64,000 bases of DNA from Myxococcota bacterium. Lineage in GTDB: Bacteria > Myxococcota_A > UBA9160 > PR03. The notes below the pieces were generated by a model. That model made no database searches. It worked only from the letters and a program-made list of their open reading frames with translations, and was not told where the DNA came from. The position numbers and the translations under genes were made by a program. This document shows positions 40,513-47,946 of this stretch, piece after piece. The stretch is taken from positions 64,001-128,000 of the forward strand of contig JBFIML010000002.1 of assembly GCA_041611735.1 (NCBI GenBank), read 5' to 3'. Each line of letters begins with the position of its first letter. Position 1 is the stretch's first letter.

Positions 40513-41301
40513 CTAGTGCCCGCGCGCCAGTGCCGAAGACGTGAACAGCCGATCGGGAAGCTCCGGATCCACCTCGATCCGCTCGACAGAGAGCCGGGTC
40601 TCCGTGTTCTCCTTGAGGTCTCGAACGCGGATGGCGTGCGGCATCCAGGAGCCTCCCTCCCGGGAGATCTGCGACGGATCCGCCGTCACCACCTTTCGGG
40701 GTTGCTCACCGCGCTCGTAGAACTCGATCTGGATCGGCACGCAGGTCTCCCGGTGCACGTGGGCCACGATGCGCTCGTAGACGGAGCGGTCCTCTGGCGG
40801 AGGCGTGATGGCGAGCACGTGGACCGGCTGGTCCGCGAGCGTCGCGTCGGGAAGCCGCTCGAGCTCCGCCCCCTTGGCCAGGCGCTGCAGGCGCCGGAAG
40901 TCCTCGTAGCTGAAGTCCGTGCCGAAGAGCGATCCGGACATGGCATGGGGGGCGACGCGGCGCACGCGCTTCAAGTCGGGCAGGTAGACGAAGACCTCCA
41001 CCGCGCCCTCCTGCTCCAGCAGCAGGTAGGAGGAGCCGCGCAGGTCCGGCGGCGCTTCGAGACGCAGGAGCACCTTGGAGCGATCCGCTTCACCCCGTTT
41101 CCAGTACAGGCTCCCCTTCAGGGTACGCTCGCCGCCGGTGCGGTCCACGGCCTGCAGCGTCAGCCGTTGGATGCTCCCCTTCTGCGGCAGGTTGTCCCGG
41201 ATGCAGCGCTCCACCTGCTCTTCCGCCGGGCCGGCCTCGACGGTCGGCGCCAGGAGTCCGAGCAGGGCGAACAGCAACCCCGACGTGCGAGCCCGATGCA
41301 T
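40513..41301 (-). CDS. Outer-membrane lipoprotein-sorting (LolA-like) protein
   Basis: Signal peptide; YLPDLKRVRRV, SLFGTDFSYED, LPDRLFT. Confidence 0.87.
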   Translation of the reverse strand: MHRARTSGLLFALLGLLAPTVEAGPAEEQVERCIRDNLPQKGSIQRLTLQAVDRTGGERTLKGSLYWKRGEADRSKVLLRLEAPPDLRGSSYLLLEQEGAVEVFVYLPDLKRVRRVAPHAMSGSLFGTDFSYEDFRRLQRLAKGAELERLPDATLADQPVHVLAITPPPEDRSVYERIVAHVHRETCVPIQIEFYERGEQPRKVVTADPSQISREGGSWMPHAIRVRDLKENTETRLSVERIEVDPELPDRLFTSSALARGH

Positions 41302-41392
41302 GCCTCCTCACCTCCCTCCGGGGCGCCCGGTTCGCCCTCCATCCTACGAGGAAGCGGGCCCCGGCCGGAAGCCACTCCGGTAGGATTCGGCC

Positions 41393-42139
41393 GTGCAGGA
41401 CCGCTCCCCCCAGCGCTCGGGCCTTCGCCCCGCTTCCCGCCACCGGGCGACCGGTCTCGCCCTTCTGGGCCTCCTCGGGGCCGGGGAGGCCGCGGGCAGC
41501 GACCCCTCCTGGGTGCTGCGCCGCCAGGAGGACGGCGTCACGGTGCACACCCGCGCCGTGCCCGGGTCGAGCCTGGAGGAGTTCCGGGGCGTGACGCGGA
41601 TCCGGGCCCCCCTGCGCGCCCTGGTGGAGATGCTCCTCGACGTGGACCGCTATCCGGAGTGGATGCACGACTGCCGCGAGGCCCGCGTCCTGGAGCGCCG
41701 GGGCATCGAGGGGGGGCTCACCTACACCGTGACCGACGCGCCCTGGCCGGTGCGCGACCGGGACGTGGTGGCGCGCTGGACCCTGACCCAGGACGCGGCG
41801 GGAGGAGTCACCATCGCCTTCGTCGCGGAGCCGGAGGCCCTCCCGCCCCGGGACGGCCACGTCCGCGTCCCACGGACCCGCGGGCTCTACCGCCTGACAC
41901 CCGGGCAGGACGGCAGCACGGAGGTCCTCTACCAGCTCCACAGCGATTCGGGCGGGCTGCTGCCCGGCTGGCTGGCCCGCTCCTGGGTGGTCGCCATCCC
42001 GTTCCACTCGCTGCGCAACCTGCCGGGGCACCTGGCCCGGACCGGCTACACGGGCCGCGAGGAGGTCTACCGGGCCATCCGGGAGCCGCCGAAAACCGCG
42101 TCGGAGCGCGGGTTTGACCCGCCGCGGGGGGGCCGGTAG
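41393..42139 (+). CDS. START-domain lipid-binding protein, probably exported
   Basis: WVLRRQEDGVTV, YPEWMHDC, PWPVRDRDVV, GGLLPGW; hydrophobic N-terminal segment. Confidence 0.85.
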   Translation: MQDRSPQRSGLRPASRHRATGLALLGLLGAGEAAGSDPSWVLRRQEDGVTVHTRAVPGSSLEEFRGVTRIRAPLRALVEMLLDVDRYPEWMHDCREARVLERRGIEGGLTYTVTDAPWPVRDRDVVARWTLTQDAAGGVTIAFVAEPEALPPRDGHVRVPRTRGLYRLTPGQDGSTEVLYQLHSDSGGLLPGWLARSWVVAIPFHSLRNLPGHLARTGYTGREEVYRAIREPPKTASERGFDPPRGGR

Positions 42140-42142
42140 ATT
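42114..42142 (+). promoter_or_regulatory. Sigma70-like promoter of ffs/dnaX
   Basis: TTGACC-17-TAGATT just upstream of the SRP RNA. Confidence 0.65.
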
Positions 42143-42156
42143 CGCCGGGTCCGATC

Positions 42157-42286
42157 TGCGGCGAGGCGCGATCGCAGGGTCCCGCCCGGGTCCGAGGCTC
42201 CGCGAACCCCGTCAGGCCCGGAAGGGAGCAGCGGTAGTGGAGCGTCGACGGCGGGCGGGGGCGCCCTGCGATCCTGCCTCGCCGCA
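42157..42286 (+). ncRNA. ffs: Signal recognition particle RNA (4.5S type)
   Basis: Domain IV core GTCAGGCCCGGAAGGGAGCAGC inside a long hairpin closed by TGCGGCGAGGC/GCCTCGCCGCA; located before dnaX. Confidence 0.93.
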
Positions 42287-42313
42287 GCGGCGACCCGAGG
42301 CGGTGCCCCCCGT

Positions 42314-44044
42314 TTGAGCTACCAGGTTCTCGCGCGCAAGTGGCGACCCGGGACCTTCGACGAGGTCACCGGCCAGCCCCACGTGACCGCCGCGCTGCGC
42401 AACGCCATCCGCCTGGGCCGGGTGCCCCATGCGCTGCTCCTGGCGGGCCCTCGCGGCGTGGGGAAGACCACGCTGGCCCGCATCCTGGCCCGCTGCCTGA
42501 ACTGCGAGAAGGGTCCCACGGACACCCCGTGTGGCGAGTGCGCTCCCTGCCGCGAGATCGCCGCGGGCAGCTCCACGGACGTCCAGGAGATGGATGCGGC
42601 GAGCCGCACCGGCGTCGACGACGTGCGCGACCTGATCGAGTCGGTGCGCTACGCGCCATCCCCGGGCAAGTACCGCATCTTCGTCGTGGACGAGGTGCAC
42701 ATGCTCTCCACGGCCGCCTTCAACGCGCTGCTGAAGACCCTGGAGGAGCCGCCGCCCCGCAGCCTGTTCGTGTTCGCCACCACGAACCCCGAGAAGATTC
42801 CGTACACGGTGCTCTCCCGCTGCCAGCGCTACGACCTGCGCCGCATTCCCACCGCCGAGGTGACGACCCGTCTGGGAGAGATCGCCCGCGCCGAGAAGAT
42901 CGACATCTCTCCGGCCAGCCTCCAGGCCATCGCCCGGGAGGGCGAGGGCTCCCTGCGCGACGCGCTCACCCTCCTCGACCAGGCGGTGGCCTATGCCGGC
43001 GCCCAGGTGGACGATGCCCGGGTGGCCGAGGTGCTCGACCTGATCGATCGGCGCCTGCTGCTCGCCATCCTCGAGGCCTGCGTGGCCGGCGACCCGGCGC
43101 GCGCGCTCGAAGCCACGGGACGGGCGGCCGAGGCGGGGGTGGAGGCCCGGCGGCTCGGCAGTGCCCTGCTCGGACTGCTGCGGGACCTGGTGGTGCTGCG
43201 GGTCGCCCCCGAGGCCCCCGGGCTGGTGGAGGGAAGCGACAGCGAGGTGGCGGAGCTGCGCGCCCTGGCGGAGCGGGCGGAGCCCGCCCGGCTGCGGCGG
43301 ATGTTCCGGGCGCTCCTGCGCGAGCAGGAGGATCTGGCCTGGGCCCCCCAGCCCCTGACCGTTCTCGAGATGGCGCTGCTGCGGCTCGCGACCCTGGCGG
43401 AGGGCGACGACGTGCAGACCCTGCTGAACCGGCTCGAGGCCCTGGAGCGGAGGCTCGAGGGCGAGCCCCCCCCGCCCGGCGGCGCGGCGGGCGGGGGGGC
43501 GGCCCGAGCGCGGAGCGCCCGCTCCGCGGAGCGCCCCACCGGCGGCTCGCGGCGGAGCGACGCCGGAGCCGGCCCGGCCCGGGCCGCGGGGGACAATGGG
43601 GCGACCACCGAGACTCCGGTGCCAGCCCAGAGCGGGGCGGACGCACCCGAGGCGGAGGCTTCCCTGGGCACGGTCTTCGATCGCCTGCGCGCCCTGGCCC
43701 AGGGCGACGACCGCACCCTGGCGGGCGCCCTGGAGGGCGGTTGCCTGGTGGAGCGCGGCCCGGACCGGCTGCGGATCGCGCTTCCGAACCCCTTCGCAGC
43801 CCGCCGGCTGGAGCGCCGGGTGGCGGACCTCGAGGCCCTGGCCGCGCGGCTCTTCGGGCGTCCGGTGCGGATCGCGGTGGAGGGGCCCGCCGAGGAGGGG
43901 AACGACGCCGCCCGCCGGGTCCAGGAGAGCGACCTGGCCCGACGTCGACGTCAGGAGGCCCTGGCGAACCCGGCCGTGAACGAGACCCTCCAGGTGCTGG
44001 GCGGCGAGGTGCTGGAGATCCGCCCGCTCGGACCTCCCCGATGA
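42314..44044 (+). CDS. dnaX: DNA polymerase III subunit gamma/tau
   Basis: SYQVLARKWRP, GPRGVGKT, Zn Cys cluster, DEVHML, SRC. Confidence 0.97.
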   Translation: MSYQVLARKWRPGTFDEVTGQPHVTAALRNAIRLGRVPHALLLAGPRGVGKTTLARILARCLNCEKGPTDTPCGECAPCREIAAGSSTDVQEMDAASRTGVDDVRDLIESVRYAPSPGKYRIFVVDEVHMLSTAAFNALLKTLEEPPPRSLFVFATTNPEKIPYTVLSRCQRYDLRRIPTAEVTTRLGEIARAEKIDISPASLQAIAREGEGSLRDALTLLDQAVAYAGAQVDDARVAEVLDLIDRRLLLAILEACVAGDPARALEATGRAAEAGVEARRLGSALLGLLRDLVVLRVAPEAPGLVEGSDSEVAELRALAERAEPARLRRMFRALLREQEDLAWAPQPLTVLEMALLRLATLAEGDDVQTLLNRLEALERRLEGEPPPPGGAAGGGAARARSARSAERPTGGSRRSDAGAGPARAAGDNGATTETPVPAQSGADAPEAEASLGTVFDRLRALAQGDDRTLAGALEGGCLVERGPDRLRIALPNPFAARRLERRVADLEALAARLFGRPVRIAVEGPAEEGNDAARRVQESDLARRRRQEALANPAVNETLQVLGGEVLEIRPLGPPR

Positions 44045-44394
44045 CGGCTGCGAACCTGGGCGAGCTGCTGAACCGTGCGCGCGAGGTCCAGGAACGCCTG
44101 GCACGCGTCCAGCGCGAGCTCGCCGGGCGCACGGTGGAGGGCTCCGCGGGCGGCGGACTGGTCACCGTGGTCGCCAGCGGCGAGCTGCGCATCCGCAGCG
44201 TCCGCATCGAACCCCAGCTCCTGGAAGGGGGGGATCGGGAGATGCTCGGAGACCTCCTGGCGGCGGCGGTGAATGCCGCGCTGGCGAACGCCCAGCGCAT
44301 GATCCAGGAGGAGATGCAGCGGGCCGCGGGTGGCCTGTCCCTGGGCGCCGGACCGCCCGGCGGAAGCGATCCAGGACCGGATCCGGGCCGCTAG
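44041..44394 (+). CDS. ybaB: YbaB/EbfC nucleoid-associated protein
   Basis: VEGSAGGGLVTV, DREMLGDLLAAAVN; lies between dnaX and recR. Confidence 0.93.
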   Translation: MTAANLGELLNRAREVQERLARVQRELAGRTVEGSAGGGLVTVVASGELRIRSVRIEPQLLEGGDREMLGDLLAAAVNAALANAQRMIQEEMQRAAGGLSLGAGPPGGSDPGPDPGR

Positions 44395-44424
44395 CGTCGC
44401 CCGCGAGCTGCTAGCCTCGCCCGC

Positions 44425-45024
44425 GTGCGCACCTCGCCCCCCATCGAGCGGCTCGTGGCGGGTCTGCGGCGTCTGCCCGGCATCGGCGAGAAGTCCGCGA
44501 CGCGGCTCGCGTTCCACCTGCTGTCGGCCCCGGAGGCACACGTGCGCGAGCTCGCCGAGGCGATGCTCCGGCTCAAGAAGGAGATCGTGCTCTGCGGCGA
44601 GTGCTTCGACCTGACCGAGTCCTCGCCCTGCCCGATCTGCCGGGACGAGCGACGCGACGCCGGCCTGCTTTGCGTGGTGGAGGAGCCCGCGGATCTGGCG
44701 GCCATCGAGCGCACGGGCCGCTTCCCGGGGCGCTACCACGTGCTGGGAGGCACCCTGGCCCCGATCGAGGGCATCGGCCCCGAGGACCTGCGCATCTCCG
44801 AGCTGGTGGGGCGGGTCCAGCGAGGGAGCGTGCGCGAGGTAGTGCTGGCCACGAACCCCACCGCGGAGGGCGATGCCACCGCCCACTACCTGGCCGACCG
44901 CCTGCGCGGCAGCGAAGTACGCCTCACCCGCATCGCCTGCGGCATGCCTCTGGGCGGCGATCTCGAGTACGCCGACCACGTGACCGTGGCCCGCTCCCTG
45001 GAGAACCGGCGGGAGATCGACTAA
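44425..45024 (+). CDS. recR: Recombination mediator RecR
   Basis: LPGIGEKSA, C4 zinc finger, CVVE, YHVLGG, ATNPTAEG. Confidence 0.97.
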   Translation: MRTSPPIERLVAGLRRLPGIGEKSATRLAFHLLSAPEAHVRELAEAMLRLKKEIVLCGECFDLTESSPCPICRDERRDAGLLCVVEEPADLAAIERTGRFPGRYHVLGGTLAPIEGIGPEDLRISELVGRVQRGSVREVVLATNPTAEGDATAHYLADRLRGSEVRLTRIACGMPLGGDLEYADHVTVARSLENRREID

Positions 45025-45177
45025 AGCCCCGCCGGGCGGGCGCCGATCCACCCGGAGACCGGGGGACCGGGCGCCCGGGCCACGTGCCGGGCGGCTGCGC
45101 CTGCAGCTTGCCCCACTCGCGGCCCGCAGGGTAGAGTGCGGGCGTTTCCGTTCCCTCCCAGGCGGTTGCGAGCACGG

Positions 45178-45675
45178 ATGCCGATTCTCGACACCCAGCT
45201 GGTGATGTACGACGAGGACTACCGCAAGGTCCTCGCCGTATGCCAGCGGCTCGCCCAGGACGCCCATGCCAAGGGTGTTTTCGTGGTGGACAAGAACGGC
45301 CAGCTGCTGGCCGAGGCGGGCGACGTGCGGGGAATCGACACCACGAGCCTGGCCTCCCTCACGGCGGGAAGCGTCGCTGCCACCGGCGGCCTCGCCAAGA
45401 TCATCGGCGAGGAGGAGTTCCCGGTCCATTTCCACCAGGGGCAACGCGACAACCTGCACATCACGGTCGTCGCTCGACGCATGATCCTGGTGGTGATCTT
45501 CGACGAGAAGAGCTCGCTCGGCCTGGTTCGTTTGCGGGTCAAGAAGGCCGGGGCGGAGTTGGCGCGTCTGTTCGAGGAGATCCAGAAGAAATCGGAGCGT
45601 GCCGCGAGCACCGAGGGGGGAACTCCCTTCTCGGAGATCACGGACGACGACATCGACAACCTGTTCGCGGACTGA
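45178..45675 (+). CDS. mglB: MglB roadblock/LC7 GAP
   Basis: VVDKNGQL, DTTSLASL, SSLGLVRLR, FSEITDDDIDNLF. Confidence 0.95.
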   Translation: MPILDTQLVMYDEDYRKVLAVCQRLAQDAHAKGVFVVDKNGQLLAEAGDVRGIDTTSLASLTAGSVAATGGLAKIIGEEEFPVHFHQGQRDNLHITVVARRMILVVIFDEKSSLGLVRLRVKKAGAELARLFEEIQKKSERAASTEGGTPFSEITDDDIDNLFAD

Positions 45676-45684
45676 CGCGGGGCC

Positions 45685-46275
45685 ATGTCTTTCATCAACT
45701 ACTCTTCGCGCGAGATCAACTGCAAGATCGTGTACTACGGTCCGGGGTTGTGCGGGAAGACGACCAACCTCCAGTACATCTACAACAAGACCAACCCGGA
45801 CCTGAAGGGCAAGATGATCTCCCTGGCCACGGAGACCGAGCGCACGCTCTTCTTCGACTTCCTGCCGCTGGCGCTCGGGCAGATCCGCGGCTTCAAGACC
45901 CGCTTTCATCTCTATACGGTGCCGGGCCAGGTGTTCTACGACGCCAGCCGCAAGCTGATCCTCAAGGGCGTAGACGGCGTCGTGTTCGTGGCGGACAGCC
46001 AGATCGAGCGCATGGAGGCGAACATCGAGAGCCTCGACAACCTGCGCGTGAACCTGCGCGAGCAGGGCTACGAGCTCGACAAGCTGCCGTACGTGATCCA
46101 GTACAACAAGCGCGACCTGCCCAATTCGGCGCCCCTCGCAGAGATGCGTCGCGTGCTGAACCCGCGCAACGTGCCCGACTTCGAGGCGAGCGCCACCGTC
46201 GGCACCGGTGTCTTCGAGACCCTCAAGGCCATCGCCAAGTCCGTCCTCACCGACCTGCGCCGCATGGCCGGCTAG
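45685..46275 (+). CDS. mglA: MglA small GTPase
   Basis: [45 protein letters not shown]. Confidence 0.98.
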   Translation: MSFINYSSREINCKIVYYGPGLCGKTTNLQYIYNKTNPDLKGKMISLATETERTLFFDFLPLALGQIRGFKTRFHLYTVPGQVFYDASRKLILKGVDGVVFVADSQIERMEANIESLDNLRVNLREQGYELDKLPYVIQYNKRDLPNSAPLAEMRRVLNPRNVPDFEASATVGTGVFETLKAIAKSVLTDLRRMAG

Positions 46276-46369
46276 GGGCACGTGGTCGATTCGTTGCTTC
46301 GGGCGGCCCGGGGTCCTGCCGGGCCTGGAGTCCATTAGTCAACAACGTCCCCCACGCTAACCTCAGGGC

Positions 46370-47194
46370 GTGCCGCTCACCGGGGTCCGGGGCAAGAAGA
46401 CCTACTACGAGGTGCACGGCGACGCGGGGTCCCCCCCGCTCGTGCTCGTCATGGGCATGGGGGGCTCCTGCCGCGGCTGGCACGCGCTCCAGGTGCCCGA
46501 GTTCTCGAGGCAGCGGCGCACCGTCCTCTTCGACAACCGGGGGGTGGGCGAGAGCGAGGATCCGGGCGGGCCGTTCACGACCGCCGATTTGGCCGACGAC
46601 ACCGTGGCCCTTCTCGACGCCCTCCACATCGAGCGTGCCGACGTGCTCGGCGCCTTCATGGGCGGCATGATCGCCCAAGAGCTGGCGCTGCGGCACCCCC
46701 GGCGCGTCGACCGGCTGGTGCTGGTGGGGACGTGGGCCCGGCCAGACGCCGCGCGGCGTCTGCTGCTGCGCAAGTGGCGCGATACCGTGCGGGCGGGCAT
46801 TCCCTTCGAGATCCAGGTGCAGGAGCGGCTGTTGTGGACCCTGTCCGACGCCACCCTGGAGCAGACCGACCTGATCGACGCCATGGTGCGCTTCCACCTG
46901 CGCGACCAGGCGCCGCTCTCCGACGACCTGTTCGTGCGCCAGTGCGACGCCTGTCTGGCCCACGACACCCTGGAGCGCCTGGGCGACATCCCGCATCGGA
47001 CGCTCGTCGTGTGCGGGCAGCAGGACCGACTCACGCCCCCGCATCTGCACCGCCAGCTGGTGGCGGGCCTGCCCGACGCCCACCTGATGACGGTGCCCAA
47101 CGCCGCCCACCTGATCCTGGCCGAAGCCGCCCAGCGCTTCAACCACGCCGTCCTGCAGTTCCTGGCTGAGGACCGCAGGGACGCTCCTGACTGA
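46370..47194 (+). CDS. Alpha/beta hydrolase-fold protein lacking the nucleophile serine
   Basis: FDNRGVGES, GAFMGG in place of GxSxG, GQQDRLTP, AAH. Confidence 0.85.
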   Translation: MPLTGVRGKKTYYEVHGDAGSPPLVLVMGMGGSCRGWHALQVPEFSRQRRTVLFDNRGVGESEDPGGPFTTADLADDTVALLDALHIERADVLGAFMGGMIAQELALRHPRRVDRLVLVGTWARPDAARRLLLRKWRDTVRAGIPFEIQVQERLLWTLSDATLEQTDLIDAMVRFHLRDQAPLSDDLFVRQCDACLAHDTLERLGDIPHRTLVVCGQQDRLTPPHLHRQLVAGLPDAHLMTVPNAAHLILAEAAQRFNHAVLQFLAEDRRDAPD

Positions 47195-47235
47195 TCGACT
47201 TCTTGGCCTGGCGCGTGGGCCGAAGAGTCGATGAG

Positions 47236-47946
47236 TCAAGAACGTCCCCGGAATCGCAGGCGCGGGAGGGTGGGTGCCAGGTGGGGATCGCGGGCTACGG
47301 CGGCACGCAGGCGCCGAGCGTCCAGATTCGGGCCGCCGGCGAGGATGCGGTTGTCGAAGTCGCGGTGCCGGATCTCCAGCCGCGACGGGGCGAGACCACC
47401 CAGCACGCGCGCCGAATGCGGAGCGTCGTCGAGCGTGTTGGTGACGATCACTCCCCCGTGCGCCAGGCGGCGGGCCGCCAGGCGCAGGCCGGGCTCGGGA
47501 AGCCAGTCGGGCTTGCGCACCGAAGGCCCCCGTCCGACGAACACGTCGTCGATCACGAGGTCATAGTGACGACGCTCGGTGGCCAGGAAGGCGCGCGCGT
47601 CCGCTTGCACCACCTGGACGCCGAGGGCATCCAGATCGAACCAACGCCGGGCCGCTGCCACGACGTCGGCATCGACCTCGACGCCCACCAGCCGCGCGCG
47701 GGGCGCCAGGGCGCGCAGGAGCCGGGCAGCGCTCCCCCCGCCGAGGCCGAGCAGCAGCACCGCGCGGCGCCGGGACGGGGGCAGCGCCAGCAGCGGCGCC
47801 GCCAGGGCGTCCCATACCGAGCCGGTGGCCGTCGAGCCCGGGGTCCACCAGGACGCGAAGGTCCCGTCGATCTCCAGCGCCCGGCCTCTTCGCCCGTCGC
47901 GCACCACGACGCGCGCCCTGCGGTCCGCCCGGTACACTGCCGCCAT
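47236..47946 (-). CDS. Spermidine-synthase-like SAM-dependent methyltransferase
   Basis: LLLGLGGGS, GVEVD, ADARAF, YDLVIDDVF. Confidence 0.8.
   Translation of the reverse strand: MAAVYRADRRARVVVRDGRRGRALEIDGTFASWWTPGSTATGSVWDALAAPLLALPPSRRRAVLLLGLGGGSAARLLRALAPRARLVGVEVDADVVAAARRWFDLDALGVQVVQADARAFLATERRHYDLVIDDVFVGRGPSVRKPDWLPEPGLRLAARRLAHGGVIVTNTLDDAPHSARVLGGLAPSRLEIRHRDFDNRILAGGPNLDARRLRAAVARDPHLAPTLPRLRFRGRS

Noticed and set aside
43460-43505. Programmed frameshift in dnaX at C/G homopolymer runs
   Set aside because: No A-AAA-AAG or poly-A slippery site; the runs simply encode a Pro/Gly-rich linker.
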